Translations under genes and position numbers: made by a program
Assembly (NCBI GenBank): GCA_045658225.1
Contig: JAZOUO010000068.1
Location: forward strand, 4,509 to 68,508
Reading direction: 5' to 3'
From: Eubacteriales bacterium
Lineage (GTDB): Bacteria > Bacillota > Clostridia > Oscillospirales > CAG-272
Length of the DNA: 64,000 nucleotides
Notes under the pieces: generated by a model
What the model was told of the DNA's origin: nothing
What the model saw: the letters and a program-made list of their open reading frames with translations, nothing else
Database searches by the model: none
Part shown: positions 9,392 through 17,758 of the stretch, piece after piece
Layout of the letters: the number at the start of each line of letters is the position of its first letter
Position numbering within the stretch: the stretch's first letter is position 1

Positions 9392-10423
9392 TTAGCCCAT
9401 GTAGAAGATGTTCTTATCCTTCTGCTCGTCGATGTTCTCGGAAGTGTACCATACACCTGCGATACCAACGTCAGCAACGGATTCGCCAGCGATCTTCTTA
9501 GCTGCGAGCTCAACTGCTCTGTAGCCGATGTTGTAGGAGTCCTGTGCAACAGAACCAACGAGGAGAGCGTAGTTCTCGCCGTGATCCTTCATCCAGTTGT
9601 ACTGGTTTGTACCTGCGTCGAAACCGCAGAAGAGGATGTCCTTGTAGTTAGCTGCGTTATCGGAGATCTCAGGGAATACTTCGTTAACAACGCCTTCGTT
9701 TGTCATGAAGATGGACTGTGCGCCCCATTCCTTAAGAGCTGTGAGACCGAGCTTGTATTCGCCGGAGTTGTTTGTCTTAACCTCTACCTTGATGTCGAGA
9801 GTGATGCCTGCATCCTTAGCGGCCTTTTCCATGCCCTCCTTGAATCCAGCGGCTCTATCGATACCTGTGGATGTGGAGTCGTGCTGAATGATACCTACCT
9901 TGTAGCCGTTAACTGCAAGGCCGTTATCCTTGAGGTACTTGAAGAAGTTTTCAGCAACTACGCCTGCAGCAGCCTTGTTGTCAGTAGCAACGCTACCGAT
10001 AACGGGGTCCTTGCCGGATGTTACGTCTGCGTTGTTGTTGTAGAGACCGGAGTCGAATTCAACTACGGGAATACCCTTTTCGAATGCCTGGTTGAGCTCT
10101 TCGCCGAAGCCAAGACCGATTGTTGCGAGAACGATACCCTTTACGCTCGTATCGTTAAGAGCTGCCTGAACCATCTCTCTCTGTGTACCAACAAACTCTT
10201 CAGACTCTGCTGTAGGTCCGCGGAAGGTTACCTTGTAGCCGTAATCCTTACCAGCCTGCTCTGCGCCAGCCTTAACAGCCTGCCAGAAAGCGTGTGTTTC
10301 ACCCTTTGCGATAACTGCGATTGTGCCATTGCCCTCTTCCTCTTTGGGCTGGCAAGCTACAAATGCACAGAGTGTGCATGTGAGAGCCAATACGATCGCG
10401 AGGATCTTTGTGAACTTTTTCAT
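9392..10423 (-). CDS. monosaccharide ABC transporter substrate-binding lipoprotein (RbsB-like PBP1 fold)
   Basis: Lipobox AFVAC, then TIAVIAKGETHAFWQAVKAGAEQAGKDYG, typical of ribose-family binding proteins. It is clustered with the permease and ATPase genes. Confidence 0.85.
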   Translation of the reverse strand: MKKFTKILAIVLALTCTLCAFVACQPKEEEGNGTIAVIAKGETHAFWQAVKAGAEQAGKDYGYKVTFRGPTAESEEFVGTQREMVQAALNDTSVKGIVLATIGLGFGEELNQAFEKGIPVVEFDSGLYNNNADVTSGKDPVIGSVATDNKAAAGVVAENFFKYLKDNGLAVNGYKVGIIQHDSTSTGIDRAAGFKEGMEKAAKDAGITLDIKVEVKTNNSGEYKLGLTALKEWGAQSIFMTNEGVVNEVFPEISDNAANYKDILFCGFDAGTNQYNWMKDHGENYALLVGSVAQDSYNIGYRAVELAAKKIAGESVADVGIAGVWYTSENIDEQKDKNIFYMG

Positions 10424-10505
10424 TGTGGATTCCTCCTGAAAATTAATAAATTATTTAATAAAAACCTTTCACTAGGTTTTGATTACTGATTTTTTGCCGT
10501 ATGGC

Positions 10506-11753
10506 TTACTTTATGTTTTTGTATTCTGCCTTGAGGGCTGCGATCTCTGCAGGAATTGCTTCTGCGCGAGCGTCTGCCTCAGGGTTATTCTTTGCGGAAA
10601 GCGCGTAGTCTTGCTCAATCTTAAGCTCTGCAATTTTTTCCTTAATTTCTCGCTTCTGCTTTTGCGCGGAGGTTTCGATCTTGACTTTGTTAGCAGACTT
10701 CTTCTTGAGCACGTCGAGAAGAACTGCGCCTACAACGATAACACCTGTCACTGCGTATGTAATGAACGTAGCAGAGAGGTTGATGTCGAATGTCATAAGA
10801 GCGATGTTAAGACCCTGACGGATAACTACGAGAATGATAGAGCCGAAGATGGTACCCATTACGGATGCAGCACCACCTGTTGTGCTTGTACCGCCGATGT
10901 AAACGCCGGCAATTGCGTCAAGCTCCATACCGTTACCGGATGCGAGCGTGAGAGAGGGGTTGGCAGCTGTCCAGAAGAGAGCCGCGATACCTGCAAAGAG
11001 ACCGCCGATTGCGTAAGCGATGATCTTGTACTTATCTACGTTGATACCCGAAAGACGAGCAGCTTCCTCGTTACTACCGATAGCGAGAATGTATCTACCG
11101 ATCTTTGTCTTGAACATAACTACCATACAGATAGCTGTGAGGATCAATACCCAAACTACACCGATGGGGAAGCCATCGTAGCTGGTGAATATCTTCTGGA
11201 ACCAGCCTGTTGTGGGGTACTTGATAGCAGATGTCTTTTCTGTTATGTACTGGGCTATTACCGAGGTCATACCACGGGAGAAGAGCATTGTACCGAGAGT
11301 TGCGATAAAGGGAGCAATCTTGCACTTTGCAATAAGTAAGCCGTTTATAACACCGAACAGGAGACCTGTGAGAAGGATGATCGGAATTGTAAGCCAAAGT
11401 GTACCTTCATCCTGAGAAACTCCTGTGGAGCAGATAGCGCCTGCCAAAACGGGAGCACCGATACAAACTGTACCGATAGAAAGGTCGATACCGCCTGTTG
11501 CGATTACGAATGTAACGCCGAGAGCGAGTATTGCATAGGGAACGAGAGACTTGCTCATAAGGAGCAGGTTGCTCTTGCTTGCGAAGTTGGGGTTGATAAG
11601 CGTGAACACAATGAAGAGTGCTATCGTAGCAAGTACGATAACGAGGTTCTGCTTACCCGTTGTCTTAAAATAGTTTACGGTACCTACGCCTGCCTGGCGC
11701 GCCTTACCTCTGAAGTTCAGCTTTGCGCCGAACGGTGTGTTATTGTTTTTCAT
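10506..11753 (-). CDS. sugar ABC transporter permease (RbsC-like) with a 66-aa charged C-terminal tail
   Basis: Polytopic membrane protein. The ATG at 11753 lies 4 nt after the ATPase stop, so I prefer it to the track start at 11783. The C-terminal tail is KKKSANKVKIETSAQKQKREIKEKIAELKIEQDY...EIAALKAEYKNIK. Confidence 0.8.
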   Translation of the reverse strand: MKNNNTPFGAKLNFRGKARQAGVGTVNYFKTTGKQNLVIVLATIALFIVFTLINPNFASKSNLLLMSKSLVPYAILALGVTFVIATGGIDLSIGTVCIGAPVLAGAICSTGVSQDEGTLWLTIPIILLTGLLFGVINGLLIAKCKIAPFIATLGTMLFSRGMTSVIAQYITEKTSAIKYPTTGWFQKIFTSYDGFPIGVVWVLILTAICMVVMFKTKIGRYILAIGSNEEAARLSGINVDKYKIIAYAIGGLFAGIAALFWTAANPSLTLASGNGMELDAIAGVYIGGTSTTGGAASVMGTIFGSIILVVIRQGLNIALMTFDINLSATFITYAVTGVIVVGAVLLDVLKKKSANKVKIETSAQKQKREIKEKIAELKIEQDYALSAKNNPEADARAEAIPAEIAALKAEYKNIK

Positions 11754-11757
11754 AATA

Positions 11758-13263
11758 TCAGTTTTCCTCCCGCATTGTGGCAAGTTTCATAATATTTTCC
11801 TGGTTAGCTTCGGAAATGTCAAGCTCTCCCGTCTTTCTGCCCTCGCACATTACGAGCACTCTGTCGCTCATACGGAGGATCTCAACAAGCTCGGAGGAGA
11901 TCATAATAATGGATTTGCCCTGTTTTGAAAGCTCGTTCATAAGAGTGTAGATTTCACTCTTTGCGCCTACGTCGATGCCTCTTGTAGGTTCGTCGAAGAT
12001 AAGTATCTCACTGTCTCTTATAAGCCATCTCGCGATAATAACCTTTTGCTGATTACCACCCGAAAGGTTCTTGAGAAGCTGGTCAATGGACGGTGTCTTT
12101 GTGCGAAGCTTTTCATTATATTCAATAGCCTCTTCCTTGAGCGCCTTATCATTTATAAGTCCGCCCTTTACATAACGGTCCATAGAGGAGATAGATGTAT
12201 TTTCAGCTACGGATTTGAAAAGCATAAGTCCGTATCTCTTTCTATCCTCGGAAAGATAACCTATACCGTGCTTGATGGCATCCACGGGAGTTTTAATGTT
12301 GACCTTTTTGCCGTGAACGTAAATCTCACCGCTGTCGAAGGGGTCAGCTCCGAATATTGCTCTCGCAACCTCGGTTCTGCCTGCTCCCATAAGTCCAGAG
12401 AAACCAAGTATCTCGCCACGGCGGAGCTTGAAGCTTACGTCTCTGATGGTTCTGCCGCTGCAAAGATTTCTTACCTCAAGCACTACGTCGGCGTCGGGAT
12501 CAACCTCGCTCTGTGTCTTGGGGTCCTCGTAAACTACACGGCCGATCATCATGTTTATGATCTCGTCCTTGGTCACCTCGTTTGTGACAACGGTGTTGAC
12601 GTACTCGCCGTCGCGCATTACTGTTATTCGGTCGGAAATCATCTTAATCTCATCCATACGGTGAGAGATATAGATCATTCCTATACCCTTGCTCTTAAGA
12701 TCCTTCATTATCTTAAAGAGCTCTTCTATCTCGGACTGTGTAAGAGCTGCGGTGGGCTCGTCTAGAATGAGGAGCTTACAGTCTCTTGAGATTGCCTTTG
12801 CAATTTCAACCATCTGTTGCTTACCAACCGTGAGCTTGCCGAGAGGCATTCTGGGATCGATATTGATTCCGATAAGCTTAAAGAGCTTCTCAGCTTCCTT
12901 AACCATTTCGTCATCGTTAATGAATATCTTTCCTGACATGGATTCTCTTCCAATAAAGATATTCTGGGCAACAGTAAGGTGATTCATCATGTTAAGCTCC
13001 TGATGTATCATGCTGATGCCTAAATTTTGAGATTCTCCTATATTTTTAACAGAATAAGGAGCACCGTTGTATGTAATGGTTCCTTCGTCCGCCTGATGAA
13101 TGCCTGTGAGAACCTTCATCAAAGTGGATTTGCCAGCACCGTTTTCACCAACAAGCGCGTGGACTTCGCCAAATTCAAGATCGAGATGAACTCCCTTGAG
13201 TGCATGTACACCATGAAATCTCTTATGGATACCGTTCATTTCGAGCAAAAGATTTTGCGACAT
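11758..13263 (-). CDS. sugar ABC transporter ATP-binding protein with two fused ABC domains (RbsA/MglA-like)
   Basis: Walker A GENGAGKST, signature LTVGKQQMVE, Walker B LLILDEPT, and a second half with LSGGNQQK and ILIFDEPT. The ATG at 13263 follows AAGGGGG, so the track start at 13281 would include the RBS. Confidence 0.9.
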   Translation of the reverse strand: MSQNLLLEMNGIHKRFHGVHALKGVHLDLEFGEVHALVGENGAGKSTLMKVLTGIHQADEGTITYNGAPYSVKNIGESQNLGISMIHQELNMMNHLTVAQNIFIGRESMSGKIFINDDEMVKEAEKLFKLIGINIDPRMPLGKLTVGKQQMVEIAKAISRDCKLLILDEPTAALTQSEIEELFKIMKDLKSKGIGMIYISHRMDEIKMISDRITVMRDGEYVNTVVTNEVTKDEIINMMIGRVVYEDPKTQSEVDPDADVVLEVRNLCSGRTIRDVSFKLRRGEILGFSGLMGAGRTEVARAIFGADPFDSGEIYVHGKKVNIKTPVDAIKHGIGYLSEDRKRYGLMLFKSVAENTSISSMDRYVKGGLINDKALKEEAIEYNEKLRTKTPSIDQLLKNLSGGNQQKVIIARWLIRDSEILIFDEPTRGIDVGAKSEIYTLMNELSKQGKSIIMISSELVEILRMSDRVLVMCEGRKTGELDISEANQENIMKLATMREEN

Positions 13264-13300
13264 AAGAATACCCCCTTTCATTTTCTTTACCTCACCATTT

Positions 13301-13328
13301 ATTATAACTCACTGACAGGCTTTTTCAA
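13301..13328 (-). promoter_or_regulatory. promoter of the ABC-fucI operon
   Basis: On the minus strand: TTGAAA (13328-13323), 16-nt spacer, TATAAT (13306-13301). Confidence 0.6.
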
Positions 13329-13568
13329 TATCATAAACTGCAAAATAAATCACAAAAATAAACACAAAATTTTCAAAAAACTATTGAATTTTTTGTGCCA
13401 ATGTGCTACAATATCATTGTAAAACAAGGCGTTTTGCATATTTTACGGAAAAAATTTTAATTGATATTAGAAAAAATTCATAAAAACTAAATTTTTCCAA
13501 AAAAACAATAATCGACAATTGATTATGTATTATATACAAAAAAGCAAATACAAATTTGGAGAAAACAA

Positions 13569-14453
13569 ATGAAAGATCAATCTTTTAACGTTAGTTTTGA
13601 CCCGAGAATGGTTGCATATACCAAGGTCGACGCCATAAAACTTGACACTAAGTGCCTATATGCAGGCAAGCTTGAGAGAATTAAAGAATGGAATGAGAAG
13701 ACGCACAGTCATCCATTTTGTGAAATTATGTTTGTTATTTCGGGTGGCGGAACTATTACGGTTAATGGAATTGAATATGAGATTAAGAAGGGGGATATTA
13801 TAGTTTATAACCCTGAGGTTCCACATTCCGAGTCAACAACAGGAAAGATCGGCATTGAACTTGCTTTTTTTGGAATTTCCAATTTCAAAATAGGAAATCT
13901 TCCTTCTGATTATATTTTGGATCCAAATGCATCTCCTATTATTCATACAGGGCAGTATGAGAAGGAATACGAGTTCTACTTTATGTCTCTTGTAAAGGAG
14001 GTTGCATCAGATAAACCGTATAACGAAATTTTTGCCAAATATCTTGCGCGACTCATTATGATAGGTATTTTGCGCCTTGCGAATATATCCGAGGCGAAAT
14101 TTGTGACCAACGGTATTTTTACACGCATACACAACTACTTAAACAAGCACTTTACTGAAATCGAATCTATGGATGAAGTTTGTGAAAAGTTAAAAATAAG
14201 CAAATATTACCTCTCGCACGTGTTCAAAAAACATATGGGCAGGCCACCTATGCAGTACGTCACCGCAAAGCGCATAGCCTATGCGAAGAAGCTTTTGCAG
14301 GAGACCGATCTCAGCGCAACGGAGATAGGTGAGATGTGCGGATATAAGGACCACGTACTCTTTTTCAAGGCATTCAAGAAGCAAGAAGGAATGACTCCCA
14401 TTACTTTTCGAAAACAGACCCAGAAGCCTGAGAAGACCTCCGATAATACATGA
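13569..14453 (+). CDS. AraC-family transcriptional regulator (cupin sensor plus HTH)
   Basis: N-terminal cupin-like HSHPFCEIMFVISGGG and a C-terminal AraC HTH, YLSHVFKKHMGRPPMQYVTAKRIAYAKKLLQETDLSATEIGEMCGY. It is divergent from the sugar ABC operon. Confidence 0.9.
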   Translation: MKDQSFNVSFDPRMVAYTKVDAIKLDTKCLYAGKLERIKEWNEKTHSHPFCEIMFVISGGGTITVNGIEYEIKKGDIIVYNPEVPHSESTTGKIGIELAFFGISNFKIGNLPSDYILDPNASPIIHTGQYEKEYEFYFMSLVKEVASDKPYNEIFAKYLARLIMIGILRLANISEAKFVTNGIFTRIHNYLNKHFTEIESMDEVCEKLKISKYYLSHVFKKHMGRPPMQYVTAKRIAYAKKLLQETDLSATEIGEMCGYKDHVLFFKAFKKQEGMTPITFRKQTQKPEKTSDNT

Positions 14454-14470
14454 TTATATTAAAATGAGAA

Positions 14471-14495
14471 AAGCGGCACGCTTAGCGTGCCGCTT
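14471..14495. terminator. bidirectional terminator between araC and the ygjV-like gene
   Basis: aagcggcacgc-tta-gcgtgccgctt. Confidence 0.7.
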
Positions 14496-14500
14496 CTGAT

Positions 14501-15067
14501 TTAGTTTTTTGTTTGTTTTCTGGATCTTATAAGGAATATTGCAGATGACACCATGTTAAAGCACTCGCAAATAACTCCGGGATATGCGTGACAAACAACG
14601 TTGTACGCTATCCAGAATGGAGAAGTGCATACTATCTGGCAATAACGTATTTTCTTGGTTTCTCCACGCCACATAAAGTACGTGCTGCTCAAAAGACCTA
14701 TAAGCACCAACGATACAAGGATAACCTGGAGCAAACTATGGTCAAGCGCGAGAGAGAAAGCATAGCATCCCACGCAAGCCGATTCCACCAGAATAAGCTT
14801 CCACAGCTTTTGGCTGTTATTCATAAACAGAACGCCTCGGATGAGAGTGCAAAGATTAAAGAAGGTTCCTGCCCACGCGCCCAAAAGCAGAAAATGGAGA
14901 ACGTAGCAAAACGCTGCCGAGGACTGCATAAAAAAGAGCGTGCGGTTGTTCTTGAACTGGAAGGAGAGGACCATTACGACAAGTCCTATAACTCCGAAGC
15001 ACTGAGCAATTATCTCGCGGGGTGTCATTGAGGCAAAAAACTCAACAACAGATGTAAGCAGCCCCAT
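14501..15067 (-). CDS. YgjV-family inner membrane protein
   Basis: 188-aa polytopic protein. FGVIGLVVMVLSFQFKNNRTLFFMQSSAAFCYVLHFLLLGAWAG parallels E. coli YgjV (GVIAFLIGITTFFNRDERRFKLQL...GVHFFLLGTWPAG) as I remember it. Confidence 0.65.
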   Translation of the reverse strand: MGLLTSVVEFFASMTPREIIAQCFGVIGLVVMVLSFQFKNNRTLFFMQSSAAFCYVLHFLLLGAWAGTFFNLCTLIRGVLFMNNSQKLWKLILVESACVGCYAFSLALDHSLLQVILVSLVLIGLLSSTYFMWRGETKKIRYCQIVCTSPFWIAYNVVCHAYPGVICECFNMVSSAIFLIRSRKQTKN

Positions 15068-15073
15068 AAGCTA

Positions 15074-15514
15074 TCAGATAACGCCCTTTTGGAGCATAAT
15101 GTTTGCGTAAATTGCGCTTTCGCCGGTAGCGATGATGCAGTAGCACTTCTTTGCCTCATCGTAAAAATCGAATCTGTCGATGTTTCCGAGAGCCTCGCGT
15201 CCGCGGCTGTCGTGCCTGGAGATGATCTGGGCATAGGTGTCCCAAATGGGAGTCTGAACTCTGCCGACGTCTCTGTCCATAAGCTGCATAAGTATAGCGG
15301 GGGTTTCAACGTATGTATCGAGGGGGAAGACTGTGAGGATAGCGTCAAGAATTTCGGGCACACCGTGACCGTCCATTCTGATAACTATCGCATCCTTGCC
15401 CATGGATTCGGAGGGGAAATTGCCGTCTGCTATGCAGATACGGTCGCTGTGACCCATTTCGCACAAAACCTTAAGCAATTCGGGGGGTAAAATTTTCGGA
15501 ATACCTTTAAGCAT
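15074..15514 (-). CDS. fucU: L-fucose mutarotase (RbsD/FucU family)
   Basis: MLKGIPKILPPELLKVLCEMGHSDRICIADGNFP matches E. coli FucU [34 protein letters not shown]. The C-terminus ...YANIMLQKGVI also matches. Confidence 0.9.
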   Translation of the reverse strand: MLKGIPKILPPELLKVLCEMGHSDRICIADGNFPSESMGKDAIVIRMDGHGVPEILDAILTVFPLDTYVETPAILMQLMDRDVGRVQTPIWDTYAQIISRHDSRGREALGNIDRFDFYDEAKKCYCIIATGESAIYANIMLQKGVI

Positions 15515-15550
15515 ATAAGACCTCCAAAAGATTATTTTAGTTGTGTCTCA

Positions 15551-15579
15551 ATTTTAACATATTTATATCCTCATGTCAA
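15551..15579 (-). promoter_or_regulatory. promoter of the fucU-ygjV operon
   Basis: On the minus strand: TTGACA (15579-15574), 17-nt spacer ending in TGt, TAAAAT (15556-15551). Confidence 0.6.
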
Positions 15580-15647
15580 TGTGATTTTTTGTAGCAAAAA
15601 ACCGCAAAATTGACACAAGAGAACGCCGTTTTAAATCACAAAAACAA

Positions 15648-15685
15648 AAAATCCTTATCAGAATTAAGCATTTTGATAAGGATTT
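15648..15685 (-). terminator. intrinsic terminator after spoVT
   Basis: aaatccttatca-N13-tgataaggattt, followed on the minus strand by tttttgttttt. Confidence 0.75.
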
Positions 15686-15725
15686 TATTTTTGTTTAATG
15701 CATCACAGCATATAGGTGTGACACG

Positions 15726-16268
15726 TCATTCCTGCTGCTTACCAAGGAATGCTGCCGCAGTCTGAACAAGCTTTTGTTCTGTCATATCGGGGATATGTGT
15801 GCGTGATTCCTCGCAGAGAGAGACGACGCAGCCTATAATATCGCCCTCTGAAATAATGGGCATAGCGCAGCTTATAAAATGCTCGCTTCTGTCGCGGAGA
15901 GGGGATATTTTTTCTGCACCGTCGCGGTAAACATACATACCACGCGACTCAATAATGTTCTCAAGCTCCTCGGATAGGGATTTGTCGGAATATTCCTTTT
16001 TGGATAGACCCGCGCAGGCTACGACGGAGTCTCTGTCGCAGACTATCACCGAGAGATTGCAGGTCTTGTGGAGAGTCTCACAATACTGCGAGGCAAACGA
16101 GGTCAGCTCGCCAATGGGAGAATATTTTTTGAAAATGACCTCGCCGTCGCGGTCTGTAAATATTTCAAGAGGGTCGCCCTCGCGGATACGCATTGTTCTT
16201 CTTATTTCTTTAGGGATGACGACACGGCCGAGGTCGTCAATACGCCTTACTATTCCTGTTGCTTTCAT
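15726..16268 (-). CDS. spoVT: stage V sporulation protein T (AbrB-type SpoVT N-domain plus GAF-like C-domain)
   Basis: MKATGIVRRIDDLGRVVIPKEIRRTMRIREGDPLEIFTDRDGEVIFKKYSP is the canonical SpoVT/AbrB swapped-hairpin N-terminus. The 180-aa length fits SpoVT rather than the ~95-aa AbrB. Confidence 0.85.
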   Translation of the reverse strand: MKATGIVRRIDDLGRVVIPKEIRRTMRIREGDPLEIFTDRDGEVIFKKYSPIGELTSFASQYCETLHKTCNLSVIVCDRDSVVACAGLSKKEYSDKSLSEELENIIESRGMYVYRDGAEKISPLRDRSEHFISCAMPIISEGDIIGCVVSLCEESRTHIPDMTEQKLVQTAAAFLGKQQE

Positions 16269-16426
16269 ATATCTTTAAGCCTTTCTGTGCTGTTTTTAAC
16301 AAAATTTTTGCTCCGTTGGAATTTTGTCCGTCATTATTATTTGTGTTTTTTGGAACGATTATACTTGTTTTTTTAGGAAAAATATGGGTGTTAACTCTTA
16401 AAAAATCTTAAGAATTGTCCTCGCAC

Positions 16427-16455
16427 TTGCAATTTTTTTGCGGATATGCTATAAT
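16427..16455 (+). promoter_or_regulatory. promoter of the 16492 gene
   Basis: TTGCAA, 17-nt spacer ending in TGc, TATAAT, about 36 nt upstream of the RBS AGGAGAA. Confidence 0.55.
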
Positions 16456-16491
16456 TAAGTCGACACAAATATATGTGATAGGAGAAAACCA

Positions 16492-17481
16492 ATGAAAAAA
16501 GCAGGTAAAATAATAGCTATAATAGTAGCGGCAATACTTTTGCTGGTTTTTGTTGTGATCAGCGCGTTTTCGATATTTGACAGAATTAAATACCGTTCTT
16601 TCTACAAAAACGCAGACAAAGCTTTCGCTATAGGTGGCTTGTGGGAGGGCGCTGTTCAACAGGGATTTGACTATTCCGATGAGCTTGGACTTTACATATA
16701 TTCTGCATATATGAAGGACCACTCCACGTCGAGAATATATATTGCCGACAATGACGGAAACACAAGATTTGTTGAGCTTAAAAACGTAGACGGCTCGTGT
16801 CACACGGGACATGTTGGCGGACTTTCCTTTGGCGGAGATTATATTTACGTCACCGCGTCGTCCGACAATAAGATAATGATGTTCAAGACAAACGACGTGC
16901 TTGATGATGACGGTGTTGCCACCGCATGCGAAGATTTTGAGGTCTGTGTTTCGTCTGCGTACGTTTACGTAAGAGACAACACTCTCTACACGGGAGAATT
17001 TTATATTGCCGAGGACTATGAAACTCCCGAGGACCACAGATTTACCACTCCTGCGGGTGATCAGAATACCGCAATAATGGGAGTTTACACGCTTGGTGCT
17101 GACGGCAAGCCCGTATCCGCTGATCCTGATTACATTATGTCTACTCGTGGACAGGTGCAGGGAATGGCGTTTGACTCACAGGGCAGACTTATTCTATCAA
17201 CCTCTTGGGGACTTAATCCCAGTGGAATATACGTTTACGACCTTGACAAAGTAGCAAACGGTACTGTGACGCTCAACGGTAAGCAAGTTGCTGTAAAGTA
17301 CGTTGACAGTTCTTGCCTTGACGCAACTATAGTTGCGCCTCCTATGGCAGAGGAGCTTGTTTATAAGAACGGTAAGCTTTTTATAATGAACGAGTCCGCG
17401 TCCATGAAGTATATCTTTGGTAAGCTGACAAGCGGAAATCACGTCTGGGCGTATGATTACAACGCGCAGATTGGCGACTAA
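16492..17481 (+). CDS. membrane-anchored hypothetical protein, possibly beta-propeller-like
   Basis: Good RBS and an N-terminal TM segment IIAIIVAAILLLVFVVISAF. Recurrent strand-like motifs: GHVGGLSFGGDYIYV, VQGMAFDSQGRLILSTS and ELVYKNGKLFIMNES. I recognised no family. Confidence 0.6.
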   Translation: MKKAGKIIAIIVAAILLLVFVVISAFSIFDRIKYRSFYKNADKAFAIGGLWEGAVQQGFDYSDELGLYIYSAYMKDHSTSRIYIADNDGNTRFVELKNVDGSCHTGHVGGLSFGGDYIYVTASSDNKIMMFKTNDVLDDDGVATACEDFEVCVSSAYVYVRDNTLYTGEFYIAEDYETPEDHRFTTPAGDQNTAIMGVYTLGADGKPVSADPDYIMSTRGQVQGMAFDSQGRLILSTSWGLNPSGIYVYDLDKVANGTVTLNGKQVAVKYVDSSCLDATIVAPPMAEELVYKNGKLFIMNESASMKYIFGKLTSGNHVWAYDYNAQIGD

Positions 17482-17486
17482 TAGCG

Positions 17487-17536
17487 GCAATAAATAAAAA
17501 TCGCTCTGCAACTGCAGAGCGATTTTTATTTATTGC
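17487..17536. terminator. bidirectional terminator formed by a 24-bp perfect inverted repeat
   Basis: gcaataaataaaaatcgctctgca-ac-tgcagagcgatttttatttattgc, between convergent genes. Confidence 0.8.
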
Positions 17537-17742
17537 TCGTCCTTGGGGGGAGTTGTGAGCTTTATGATGACGGACTGGATAAGCTTGATTATAAGAATGA
17601 TTATGATGATAACCACAAATATTGCAAGCATACCCTTCCAGAGTACGTTAAGCGAAACCTTTATTGTTTCCCAATTCATAGGACTAAGGCTGTCAAACAT
17701 TCCGCCGAGGACATTAAAGTATATCATGTTAAGAAAATTCAT
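17530..17742 (-). CDS. small single-pass membrane protein, possibly OadG-like
   Basis: Strong RBS AAGGAGG 16 nt after the oadB stop. 70 aa with the TM segment MLAIFVVIIIIILIIKLI. The OadG assignment rests on context only. Confidence 0.55.
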   Translation of the reverse strand: MNFLNMIYFNVLGGMFDSLSPMNWETIKVSLNVLWKGMLAIFVVIIIIILIIKLIQSVIIKLTTPPKDEQ

Positions 17743-17758
17743 ATTAAGTCCTCCTTTA

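Noticed and set aside
10479-11339. 286-aa plus-strand ORF, together with 9581-10489 (302 aa)
   Set aside because: They are antisense to the ABC permease and the binding-protein gene. No RBS, and implausibly Cys-rich.
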